From a virus (taxonomy: Duplodnaviria; Caudoviricetes): DNA of 64,000 nt. Both the position numbers and the translations under genes were made by a program. Position 1 is the stretch's first letter; each line of letters begins with the position of its first letter. This document shows, one piece after another, positions 55,101 through 62,499 of the stretch. The notes beneath the pieces are model-generated. The model made no database searches. It had not been told where the DNA came from and worked only from the letters and a program-made list of their open reading frames with translations. The DNA is taken from positions 780 through 64,779 of the IMG/VR virus record IMGVR_UViG_3300037419_000693. One strand, 5' to 3'.

Positions 55101-57952
55101 TCGGAAACTTCGGCACGAGTCTTGGTATCAGCGACGAAGTCTTTAATCTTCGCTTCGCCGGGTGTTTTCGCCTTGCCCTCCGTACTACCTATCCTTCTTC
55201 TCCCGGCGATGACAGCGGCTTTTCTCTTCTCTGCCGCCTCAACCATTCTTATACGTTCTAGGTCGGCATCAGTTGGGGCATCGACTAGATTATCGCCAGA
55301 CAAGCCGGTAGCGATATTGTAATCCTTTTCGATTGCTCCAAAATGAGTACCTTTAACTGACTGCTTACTACCGCCAGTGTTGATATACGTCGCTGCATCA
55401 TCACGCTTTTGGTCGGCAATCAGTGCGGCCAACTCTTCTTCCGGCGTCATCGGCTTGGAACTAGCGGCAATTCGCATACCGCTGCGTGTCGATCGACCGC
55501 CAACCTTGTTGATGGCAGGAAGCAACTGATTCTCAATGATCGAGAACGCGTCTTTCACCGTCGAGCTAGTGTGGGCCTTGAGGGGCTTGCGACCAGCCGC
55601 CGCACGCTGCTTGGAAGACACGAACTGTTCGAAGAGATGGGCGAACCCTTCTTCGTTCAAATCGTCTTCGTCGGTAACGCCGAGTTTGTTCTTGTAATGG
55701 TCTTCAAGACTGCCCTGGAATAGACCAAGTTTCTTGTTGAAGAATTCCTTACGACCAACCTGACCTAACTTGTTGAATATCGTACCCTTGGCTCTAGTCG
55801 CAGTGTTACCAACTCCAAGCATAGAACCCGCAGTAGTGCTGATTGCGTGAGCAAATTCATGTCCTAGTAGTTGTGTTACGTCTCGATTAGTATTGGCGTT
55901 GATGCCGATTTTTCTGCTGCCAGGGTTGAAGAAAGCATCGGCCGCTCCACCAACCTGGCCAGCAACGCTATCAGGAGTCATGTAGTCAACACCAGTAGCA
56001 AGCTTCGACGGATCGAAGTTGATACCGATGCTCTTGAATGCATCCTTGACCTGCTTAGGCGATAGACTAGCTACAACGCCGGGACGTTTCTTGACCGAGC
56101 CACCACTAGCATACCTGTCGGCATACATAGCATACACACCCCCCTTAGCCTTGATGGCTTCGGCGAGTTGCTTGTGGATGGCACCCAACTTTTCGTCACG
56201 TTCATTGCCATAGCTACTTCTAGCCACAATTTCGAAATTATCGGGATTGCGGTTGAATGCATTCAGCTTGCCGTGACCGGCACTAGCAGCGGCCTTCTTA
56301 TTGACGACAAACTCTTTCGGCATCAACATAGCAGGAACAGAGTCCCTATTACCTTCGCCCGGTACACTACCGCCTTCTGCAAAGCCTGTAATACGTCTTC
56401 TACCGGCAGCAATCGTCTTGCCAAAGCCGATAACGGATTCCTTGAATGCAAACCCGAGCTTGATTGTGCCTAAAGCGGCAATCAGCGGTAGCATCGGCTC
56501 CATAGCCTTGACAAGACTCGTAGCAGCAGTAGCGGCGGAGACGAATCCGGTAATCAGAAAGTTGAATGCACTGCTGTTCACAACAACACGGAAAAGGTCG
56601 TTGAAACTTTCCTTGACCTGCTTCAACTTGTTGATATAAGCTTCCTGTGACTTGATAGCGTCTCTATTCACGGAGTTGTTGCTTGTCTGAGCCGTAGCCA
56701 AAGCCTTTTGGGCAAGTGGGAACTGCTGAATCAAAGGCAACACCTTGGAAATCTGACGCTGGCCACCGACCTTCTCAACGATAGCGGAGAATCTTGGGTC
56801 CGTTGTCGGGACACCCTTCAACGCTTCGCTCAATCGCTTGACGGCTGTGAACGCACCAACGAACTGTCCTTCAACATTCTGGCCGAAAGCCTTGGCCTCA
56901 CCAGACGTGTAACGCAGTTCGACTCCCATCTGTCTCAAGTCGTTGATGACAGAATTGCTTTGAAGGCGGGAGAATATAGTTCTGAAAGCCGTGCCAATCG
57001 TGTCGGCCGATTCTCTAGTCGTCGACCTAACCGCAGTGAACAGGGCAATCAACTCATTCAACTGGTCTTTGGGGGCCGTAAGCTGTCCAGAGGCAGCGGC
57101 GAACGCGGCACCGGCACGCTTGATGGCGGCAATGGTGTCTTCAGATTCGGCAGCGAACTGCTGAGCAACCGCGTTGATGGAGTCGAAGGCACTCTTGTAG
57201 TCTTGTGTAGTGAGTTTGAATTGAGCACGTAGGGATAGCAAGCCTTCCTGAGTGGAACGCAAGTCTTTGAACGTGGGAGATAGAGAAGTTTTGGCTAGAA
57301 CCTCCAAAGCTTCGTTAACTTCACTAATCGACAGACCGGCACCCTTCAGGTATTTGCTGACTTCGGCCAATTCGAGGGACGATGCCCCAAGAGACTTGCT
57401 CAAGTTGGTGATGTTGTCAGAAATGCTTTTGATGTCCTTAGCATTGCTCACACCCATCTGACCTAACGCGACCATCGCCTTTTGGAACTGTAAAGCTTCG
57501 CCCGTAGCGTTACGAATCGCCCCGGTAAGCCTGCTGACCGCGATAGCCGACACGGCGAACGCACCGAATCTACGTAGAGACACGGCCGCTTCTTCACCGA
57601 AACGACGGAATTCGAGCCTAGTATTCGTTAGTTTGCCCTGTAGGCCGCTCAGTTGGCGAATCGTGGTTCCGATTTCCTTGTGTAGCTTAGCGACTCCTGG
57701 ACCGCTAGCAGACGCCCCCATTCCGTTCAACGCGGAGTTGGCCTGTCGTGCTTGCTGTTTAACGACGCCGAGACTGGTCCCGAGTCCTTTCAGATTGTTC
57801 TGCAACCCGCTAATGTCTTTGCCCATGGTCGAACCAAAACCATTGCCCATAGACGAGTTGATTTGATTTTTCAGACTTCGCACTACAGGAGTAAGATTGT
57901 ACGGCCCGTTGACCTTCAGTCTTACACCCACGTCAATCATTTGTGGAGGCAT
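49193..57952 (-). CDS. tape measure protein (2919 aa) with embedded metallopeptidase-like domain
   Basis: N-terminal TP901-type TMP region (LSKSLGASSLELAE..., SAFDSINAVAQQFA, IGTAFRTIFSRL); Gly/Ala-rich membrane-type segment near aa 1700; long coiled coils; HEFAH at aa 698-702. Confidence 0.9.
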   Translation of the reverse strand: MPPQMIDVGVRLKVNGPYNLTPVVRSLKNQINSSMGNGFGSTMGKDISGLQNNLKGLGTSLGVVKQQARQANSALNGMGASASGPGVAKLHKEIGTTIRQLSGLQGKLTNTRLEFRRFGEEAAVSLRRFGAFAVSAIAVSRLTGAIRNATGEALQFQKAMVALGQMGVSNAKDIKSISDNITNLSKSLGASSLELAEVSKYLKGAGLSISEVNEALEVLAKTSLSPTFKDLRSTQEGLLSLRAQFKLTTQDYKSAFDSINAVAQQFAAESEDTIAAIKRAGAAFAAASGQLTAPKDQLNELIALFTAVRSTTRESADTIGTAFRTIFSRLQSNSVINDLRQMGVELRYTSGEAKAFGQNVEGQFVGAFTAVKRLSEALKGVPTTDPRFSAIVEKVGGQRQISKVLPLIQQFPLAQKALATAQTSNNSVNRDAIKSQEAYINKLKQVKESFNDLFRVVVNSSAFNFLITGFVSAATAATSLVKAMEPMLPLIAALGTIKLGFAFKESVIGFGKTIAAGRRRITGFAEGGSVPGEGNRDSVPAMLMPKEFVVNKKAAASAGHGKLNAFNRNPDNFEIVARSSYGNERDEKLGAIHKQLAEAIKAKGGVYAMYADRYASGGSVKKRPGVVASLSPKQVKDAFKSIGINFDPSKLATGVDYMTPDSVAGQVGGAADAFFNPGSRKIGINANTNRDVTQLLGHEFAHAISTTAGSMLGVGNTATRAKGTIFNKLGQVGRKEFFNKKLGLFQGSLEDHYKNKLGVTDEDDLNEEGFAHLFEQFVSSKQRAAAGRKPLKAHTSSTVKDAFSIIENQLLPAINKVGGRSTRSGMRIAASSKPMTPEEELAALIADQKRDDAATYINTGGSKQSVKGTHFGAIEKDYNIATGLSGDNLVDAPTDADLERIRMVEAAEKRKAAVIAGRRRIGSTEGKAKTPGEAKIKDFVADTKTRAEVSEPIPLANDSSYTDALGNKFNYEHPDPRVQAGLQSLAKGRGMGGDILGTKEHVLSGIQSGSYNVPALSPGESPQALQAVRALASEAGMEIVGGGFKRNKETGGFTGTFQKPMTSEELFAAAQAESGMKKYGSLADVRSRMDTVKGAGSKFIMGPDIKPMKERLMRQVAREQGAPIQIMRAGIKKTHPDFDPEDTNFAHSVAEAKAAKAEMAAGFAKIQETYEKIHGKPPGTYSMGVTGLPAVRGGGKHAFISDYLKGKTFGSYDEKVAAAKEAKDLYEGMGTTASVTTSGAGAGGGGRKRGRPPGSGGGSRGGGGMGDSPKVVSILEKILSEVKGIRNKMGGGSSGGSGGGRSTSTGTRKTRRRRGGSSTVPMVDGLPALESSVPEYLALPKPTRSFRDRKELESLGVVTMGGPTAIGLEGGAPSFPPNVHANNDHIAMAERGFTPYGLADEQEVLPNIKRSNQYETRNLGEFVDRMFDEQDKADRARNTKPFNVDDFVSGSDFRNNHIELANSTYQDMENNPFTPRGKGGYEFNAGSSGVPNPANGVYQLGDPITSKVANVNRAGRPDLGKRPTPNKQSISSRLQGVLDRFQYKESGSVRSYASLVGEDGAFSGQKDALDAKLAELFGADSPLLAKVKSGSANVRLGANNAILKATSAKAGSKSRFATFGRISDKVGGVANSIADRYSPDGKLSGLAVAGLGAASSFAPQAVQQFTGTVDQPGRYGVQGARIGAGVGGALQYGGLGASVGSALGPIGTVVGGITGAALGFVSALKEADEKLRDIDFQKSFEKMSNTLEGVISGKLKLGPQSIGDVTKGLSQVNLEAALKSSSTVGITGAIGEKLGFFSSQENRTAEQTNRSQLLRDKLVPIAPQLQEFGGKIAGSLHLSDAELTDAGRSSRLAKFEKAGGGRVAEGIATATDTSLKEVLDSFDKVIIEANKEKLARQANTKAIQEQTIQLQQFSLISDAVQSATNSIQSLQNGADALQAAFGGALQSINVKSFANDARIGNVDTNAFNKAVGSVTGALGNGPLASGLGTTARGVNAAAISLPNIISNANSKGGLEDEGLAERIKDGLGDLPDIVKDRIANVLDSMDPEDLSKAAGENVKKLTDDLIEKGFANVNAVLENAAKELETRANAFSQGLIANQDMINKTGESFSKMEHLQIAAAQSEGRVRATLTGNSSAGEINLNSLNKPFLHQQQFLTNMRGGDALNPVAIGDRLRSTQAQITQTKAARDNATGESQGQLSEQLAMLQGNAQRLGQALENLADSSSRNAIIQEKINKLEEDRQGRLSFTEKLLTADPRQRREMNRNANLSDVAARQGNFAGFNAKQITGVLDHLASLGSARLPAYGGATGSDVRDRLLTNSGMAVGTIDPRSERTRIGLLGQQAGNDKTAVAAQEQIANNQAGLQQEFFGELKQIQQTFFDKLRISLAEAAKRDVDTQQGMVAGKQKDLNNAAQSLDRLNKGGFSLDESRMLNSNADIGHLGSLLERKKGLSGGISDFKGDLANKSIGAVRGGLLNVNQERDITSRAGKFLNLPPEKAAQDITVPLKEKIKALGAGASNPKAVDNTINAFLGEYQKSSNTSLDSAITSTSSRISKDVYGDAFPANRAKVSQFAAGQKDYGKMLTSLEPFTDEKALRMQQQTVAGQAEALQAKAGTTQTAVAGAQQQAQVRAIAPIVGPTVESTPGVPQAASVLPTLPNSPVARAAAIAAGPVAAAKKKKRATYKPTGQFYSRNQLDSKTSDMIFRQEAIENDRKKAGSLAVSRAVAQVDNDAKTRQAGNAPMIAEQTKKDSDRRAKFAIDFKRATGKDLPTRGGFGSSPALVKPGETPREIRERRRREQGNTGNFLPPQLQQKQIGAPTADKAVDPQAAFGQNVQGLNGVVDGLNKALTQMGSSLGQFGKIIEGFKIPDKLVLERNGRIEVVLNGAEVMNAIKGDLAETVTKEVMTAMQEKLPKMVSNLPA

Positions 57953-57987
57953 TTTCGGCCCTTCCTATCAATAAAAATGGCCACACA

Positions 57988-58018
57988 GAGAACGGGCGTA
58001 ACATGTACACTCACTCTC
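57988..58018 (-). promoter_or_regulatory. imperfect RNA hairpin upstream of the tape measure gene
   Basis: Minus strand GAGAGTGAGTGTA-catgt-TACGCCCGTTCTC pairs 12 of 13 positions, three of them G-U. Confidence 0.35.
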
Positions 58019-58036
58019 AGCATGGCCACTATCCGA

Positions 58037-58909
58037 TTAATCTGTTTCGCTATCCGGTGTGGCTTCGCCACTGTCTGCTGTCACCGGCTCGGCCGGTGCT
58101 TCTTCGTCTTCGTCGTCTAGGAACGGCTTGAACTCGACGATGTAGTTACCGTCTTTGTCGACAGGCTTACCATCCTTGTCGGTAAACTCCCCTGCCTTAT
58201 TGACATATCGCCCGTCTTCGTTGATAAGCCGACCATCCTCATCGACGAGATGGCCGTCCTTATTGATGAGTCGGTTCTTGTCGTCGGCAAAGCCGTACTT
58301 ACGAAGGAACTCATTTTCGGGCAACTTGTTGTCCAAGTCCTCTTCAGAACCATACATTACTTCGGCTAGTTTCGAGGCGACGTCTCTCGCGGCTTCTTCA
58401 TCGATTCTCTCGATGTAGGCGTCAAGACTCGGGTCGAATCCGGTCAGTGTAAAGTACGGTTTCTGAGTATCATTATACACCGTGCAAGCAGCAACCATAT
58501 AGTTGAATTGTGCCTGGTCAGCAATGGCGTCGGCCGTGTTGCTGTCGACCCGGTTGCGTTGTGATAGCAGGTTACCGTATTCGTTACGAAGCTTTCGCAT
58601 CTCCAAGGCAATCTTTCGACCTTCCGACTTGCGGATGCCGCCAGCGTCCAGCTTGAGCTTGTTATCTAGCAACGAGTCTCGGATACGGCGGTATTCCGCT
58701 TCGCGGGCGTCGTCCCATAGACCTTGCTTGCGTAGGTATGTGTCTAGAACTTCTCGCATGATGACGTCATGCTTGACAGCGTCGGCCCACGTACGGGCAC
58801 GAATCACTTGTGCTTTCTGCTTGACCTGAGCACTCGGCGTCAGGATAGCGAGTTCCAAATCATTACCGTCTTTGTCCTTCGTCTTCACAACATGCTTTAG
58901 CTTAGCCAT
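58037..58909 (-). CDS. putative tail assembly chaperone with 7-aa tandem repeats
   Basis: Immediately upstream of the TMP; INKDGHL-VDEDGRL-INEDGRY-VNKAGEF-TDKDGKP-VDKDGNY; acidic tail. Confidence 0.55.
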   Translation of the reverse strand: MAKLKHVVKTKDKDGNDLELAILTPSAQVKQKAQVIRARTWADAVKHDVIMREVLDTYLRKQGLWDDAREAEYRRIRDSLLDNKLKLDAGGIRKSEGRKIALEMRKLRNEYGNLLSQRNRVDSNTADAIADQAQFNYMVAACTVYNDTQKPYFTLTGFDPSLDAYIERIDEEAARDVASKLAEVMYGSEEDLDNKLPENEFLRKYGFADDKNRLINKDGHLVDEDGRLINEDGRYVNKAGEFTDKDGKPVDKDGNYIVEFKPFLDDEDEEAPAEPVTADSGEATPDSETD

Positions 58910-58912
58910 CTC

Positions 58913-59296
58913 TTAAAGTCCTTCCTGTAGTCGTTCTTGAACGTGCATTTCCATGTGATGACGCTTCCATTCCACGTCATATTCTTCGATAGCGGCAACG
59001 GCCGCACGCTTCTGATTGTTACCGTTGTTCAGAATCTCCGTCCTTAACTTATCCTTGAGTTCAAGCATCTTAAGTTGCTGAGGAGTCTTCAGATGATTGG
59101 GCGTGCCATGACCCCATGCATCTCCAAATGCTTTTTCAATGGAGTCTAAAGCACCAATCATCACAGTATTAATCTTTGTTTCGATTGTTTGTCTGAGCCT
59201 GCGTTTGGACTGATGTTTGTAATTGTCCTTCGCTTCTATCCTAATCGCATTTCGGTGATTCACCATAGCGTCTAGTGTCTTATCATAACTGTCCAT
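58913..59296 (-). CDS. hypothetical tail-region protein
   Basis: 127-aa helical ORF in the tail operon. Confidence 0.6.
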   Translation of the reverse strand: MDSYDKTLDAMVNHRNAIRIEAKDNYKHQSKRRLRQTIETKINTVMIGALDSIEKAFGDAWGHGTPNHLKTPQQLKMLELKDKLRTEILNNGNNQKRAAVAAIEEYDVEWKRHHMEMHVQERLQEGL

Positions 59297-59297
59297 T

Positions 59298-60362
59298 TCA
59301 TTTTCCTTTGATTTGTGCCGACGCTTTCTGTGCTGCCTCAGTTTGCAGTCTGAGCCATGTATCAGGCATCAGGATTTCCGCAACCTCCCCCTTCTCTTTG
59401 AGGAAACTCATTCTCTGCTTTTTGAGCATCGTACCAACGCCGTCGTTCATCTTCTCAATCTTACGTGCGTCTTCGATGGTTTCGGCCATGTAGAACACTT
59501 CGTCGGAGTTGGCGACTTTCGAATTGGTTTTGTTTCCGAGGGTTTGCTTGTCGACTTCGGCTTCCCGCTTACGACGCTGGATAATCATCCAACCATCTAG
59601 CATGTCGTCATCTGAGAAGACCGAATCGGGTGGGCATTGGGAAGATTCGCGGATACTGTCGAAGATGGTAGACCATAGGACTAATGCTCGCTGGTCATCT
59701 GTCATGTCAACCGATGCCACATCCAAGAGACCTCGCCCCGCAATCCCTTTGCCGCCCCAATGCGAACGCCACGGCTCATTCAAGGCGAGTTCTCGGAATT
59801 GAGACTCGTTGAGGCGTTCCTTGGCAAGAATCTCGGTAGCCCGATCGATGAAGGCGTCGGCATAGAGCCATCGCGAGTTGTCGGGCCAGTACGGCTGGCC
59901 GTTGGAATAGTACAACGAACACCCCATCAGGAAGCGGTATTTAGCCGAGATAGCGATTCCCTCACACGAGAGGTGGTCTAGGGCGTGTTTCTTGGTTTCG
60001 AGCCTATCTCGCTCAACGTAGCCCTTTTTGAGAGCGGTCCGGATGGATAGCCTCTTGTTGCTCTGATTCCAGGAATCGTACAACTCGACCTTCATATCTT
60101 CCATGGTCGTCGTGAGTAGCTCAAGTTGCTCATGGTCATGCTGTGTCCACAGGTTCTCCATGTACATCAGCCCCATGATGTCATCTTGAAACATCACGCC
60201 GGTCATTTCGGCATCTCGGAGGGCTTCTCTATAGATTTCGTTTGCGTAGGCTCGTTGGTCGCGGGAAGGTTGGCCGAAAAACAGTTGGACGCCATCTAAC
60301 GAGAAGCTGATACGTCCCGCGATGATGCGAGAGACGTAGAGTTCGCGTTCCCATGGCTTCAT
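59298..60362 (-). CDS. hypothetical tail-region protein (chaperone-like position)
   Basis: 354 aa; PWRSHW, DDDMLDGWMIIQ motifs; GGAAGG upstream region. Confidence 0.6.
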   Translation of the reverse strand: MKPWERELYVSRIIAGRISFSLDGVQLFFGQPSRDQRAYANEIYREALRDAEMTGVMFQDDIMGLMYMENLWTQHDHEQLELLTTTMEDMKVELYDSWNQSNKRLSIRTALKKGYVERDRLETKKHALDHLSCEGIAISAKYRFLMGCSLYYSNGQPYWPDNSRWLYADAFIDRATEILAKERLNESQFRELALNEPWRSHWGGKGIAGRGLLDVASVDMTDDQRALVLWSTIFDSIRESSQCPPDSVFSDDDMLDGWMIIQRRKREAEVDKQTLGNKTNSKVANSDEVFYMAETIEDARKIEKMNDGVGTMLKKQRMSFLKEKGEVAEILMPDTWLRLQTEAAQKASAQIKGK

Positions 60363-60595
60363 GACAATTTCTCCCGCAAGACAGCCAGTTCTTCCTGGGC
60401 GGTGTTAAGATTCCCTGAGAGAACACCGTTTTCCGTAGTAAGTTTTGCTATCTGCTGTTGGAGACTTTGGATTAAAGGCAGGGGAGTAGTACCACTTGAT
60501 TGTTTTTCGAGGTGGTGGATGCGTAGGTTGGCATCGATGTAGAGTTCGCCAATGATGCGGCAATACTCTTCATGAGTGATTTGAGGGGTCTGCAT
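60359..60595 (-). CDS. small coiled-coil protein
   Basis: 78 aa; GGAAGG RBS; ATGA overlap with the next gene. Confidence 0.6.
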   Translation of the reverse strand: MQTPQITHEEYCRIIGELYIDANLRIHHLEKQSSGTTPLPLIQSLQQQIAKLTTENGVLSGNLNTAQEELAVLREKLS

Positions 60596-60623
60596 GCTTA
60601 ATCCTTCCTAAGTTCCTGAATGC

Positions 60624-60652
60624 GACGGGGCATACTATTGTAATACCCCGCC
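60624..60652 (-). promoter_or_regulatory. leader hairpin downstream of a candidate promoter motif
   Basis: Minus strand GGCGGGGTAT-t-AC-aata-GT-ATGCCCCGTC; no U-tract. Confidence 0.4.
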
Positions 60653-60677
60653 TCATTCTCTTATGTCACACTATTCT

Positions 60678-61778
60678 TTATAACCCACTTGGGTCGTTCG
60701 GTGCTGTAATCGTCAGGTTGTTGTAACCCTGGTAGGAGTAACGACCAGTGACGTTTCCACCACCCGCGTCACCACCGGACCAAGCCACGGTAGCCAACTT
60801 GTTTCTGGTTCCGCAATCAATCTGAGTGTCGTCCTTCAGGCGGATACGGATGGACTGATTCTTAGTGTTGGCACCAAGAACCGCACCGTTCATACCACCC
60901 TCAGCCGTACCGGAAATGTTGTCCCACTTCGTAAGGACGATTTCGTACTCTGTACGAACTTCGACCGGGAAGGTGACGAACTTGTAGTAAGGCAGTCTCG
61001 TTCCAAGTTCGAAGATGGTTTCGCGGCCAAGGTCGGCGGAAATCGTAATCGACTGGAAGGGGACGGTGAATGTGCCGTCTGCCGTGACCGGGTTCAGACC
61101 GCTAGAGTTGATGCCGTAGATGTCAGTTGGGAAAATAGACACCGGACCAGTAACCATGTTGTTGGCGTCCAGGCCGAATGTTCCGCCCGTGGGAGGAATC
61201 ATAACGACGTGCTCACGACGCTGAATACCGTTACCGGATGCGGCATTCAGGTTGAGCGGCTCGTCGTCGTTGCCCGCGAAGGCACCAGTGAACACGCCCG
61301 TACCAAGAGTTTCGGAATCTCTCCACTTCTTGTCGTTGCCCATAAGCGAAATTGCTTCGGTGATGTTGCCCTGAACCGGAATTGTGTAAGTCACACTGGA
61401 CAACACCATACCAGACATGGAAACTTCGGCTAGGGGAACGCCAGTTGCGGCGGGAGATAGTTCGTTGAAAACGGATAGGCCGACGATGGTCTTAATGTTC
61501 GAACGACCCTGTAGCGTGCCGCTTGTAGCACCGTTGGTGGCGAGGTGGTACAACAGCGGGTAACCGTCGATAACCTTCTCCATATTGACTTCAATGTCAG
61601 GGATTTGTTCGATGATTTGATAGACTTCTAACTGACCAAGTTCGAAGACTGTTTCAAGGTTGAAGTTGGTAGTGATTCCTACCGACTGAACTCCGTGGGC
61701 CGCGATGAAAGTGGCAGTGCCATCCTTCGCGAAGCCTACTTGTTCACAGGCGTAGAACAAACGGCGATTTGTGGACAT
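60678..61778 (-). CDS. major tail (tube) protein
   Basis: Beta-rich; VQSVGITTNFNLETVFELGQLE and a second FQSITISADLGRETIFELG repeat; upstream of the chaperones and TMP. Confidence 0.7.
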   Translation of the reverse strand: MSTNRRLFYACEQVGFAKDGTATFIAAHGVQSVGITTNFNLETVFELGQLEVYQIIEQIPDIEVNMEKVIDGYPLLYHLATNGATSGTLQGRSNIKTIVGLSVFNELSPAATGVPLAEVSMSGMVLSSVTYTIPVQGNITEAISLMGNDKKWRDSETLGTGVFTGAFAGNDDEPLNLNAASGNGIQRREHVVMIPPTGGTFGLDANNMVTGPVSIFPTDIYGINSSGLNPVTADGTFTVPFQSITISADLGRETIFELGTRLPYYKFVTFPVEVRTEYEIVLTKWDNISGTAEGGMNGAVLGANTKNQSIRIRLKDDTQIDCGTRNKLATVAWSGGDAGGGNVTGRYSYQGYNNLTITAPNDPSGL

Positions 61779-61917
61779 TGTGATTCTCCAGTAAAATGTA
61801 AGTGTTTTTTACCACTTTCCCTTATAGCTTACACCCTAACAAAACCAACTTCGTATGTTTTGGTGTAGAATAGGAGAGCGGTTTATTGTTGCGTTATTTT
61901 TATTTAGGAGGCTAAAA

Positions 61918-62499
61918 ATGCCATCAGGAATCAAAATGGAAGACCTTACGGACAAGACTTTTAACTTCTTAACCCTTAAAGAAAAAATCGTGAGAGAGTC
62001 CGGAGTTAGATTCAAGTTTTACTGGAAGTGTGAATGCATCTGTGGCAAAACTGTCACTAGAAGACAGGACTCTATTACTAGCGGACGGACTACGTCATGT
62101 GGATGCAAACACTCAACAAGATTTAAGAGCGGCAACACCCATTCTAATTGGAAAGGTGTGGGGGACTTGTCGGCAACCTATTTTGCAATGATAAAGGGGG
62201 GTGCTAAAGCCAGGGGTATCAAGTTTGATATCGACATAAATACCGTCTGGCAGCTTTTTATTGCTCAACACTGCAAGTGTGCATTAACGGGCCTGGAAAT
62301 CGCTCTGTCTCGTTCTACTAGACAATATAAGATACAGGAGCAAACCGCATCCCTCGACAGAATCGACTCCACCAAGGGATACGTGTTGGGCAACGTCCAG
62401 TGGGTTCACAAAGACGTCAATCGCATGAAAAACGCCTTTACTCAAGAACGATTCATCGAAGTGTGTAATCTTGTATCTAAATTACACCAAGCTGACTAG
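61918..62499 (+). CDS. HNH-type homing endonuclease inserted antisense in the tail operon
   Basis: AGGAGG RBS; WKCECICG...TSCGC; ASLDRIDSTKGYVLGNVQWVHKDVN (paralog of 11889-12596). Confidence 0.85.
   Translation: MPSGIKMEDLTDKTFNFLTLKEKIVRESGVRFKFYWKCECICGKTVTRRQDSITSGRTTSCGCKHSTRFKSGNTHSNWKGVGDLSATYFAMIKGGAKARGIKFDIDINTVWQLFIAQHCKCALTGLEIALSRSTRQYKIQEQTASLDRIDSTKGYVLGNVQWVHKDVNRMKNAFTQERFIEVCNLVSKLHQAD

Noticed and set aside
49218-57866. Numerous + strand ORFs of 60-230 aa opposite the tape measure gene, and similar antisense ORFs opposite other long genes
   Set aside because: Shadow ORFs produced by codon bias; no RBS context or recognisable motifs
58037-60595. Programmed -1 frameshift in tail assembly chaperone genes
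   Set aside because: No convincing X XXY YYZ slippery heptamer with an overlapping downstream frame was found by eye
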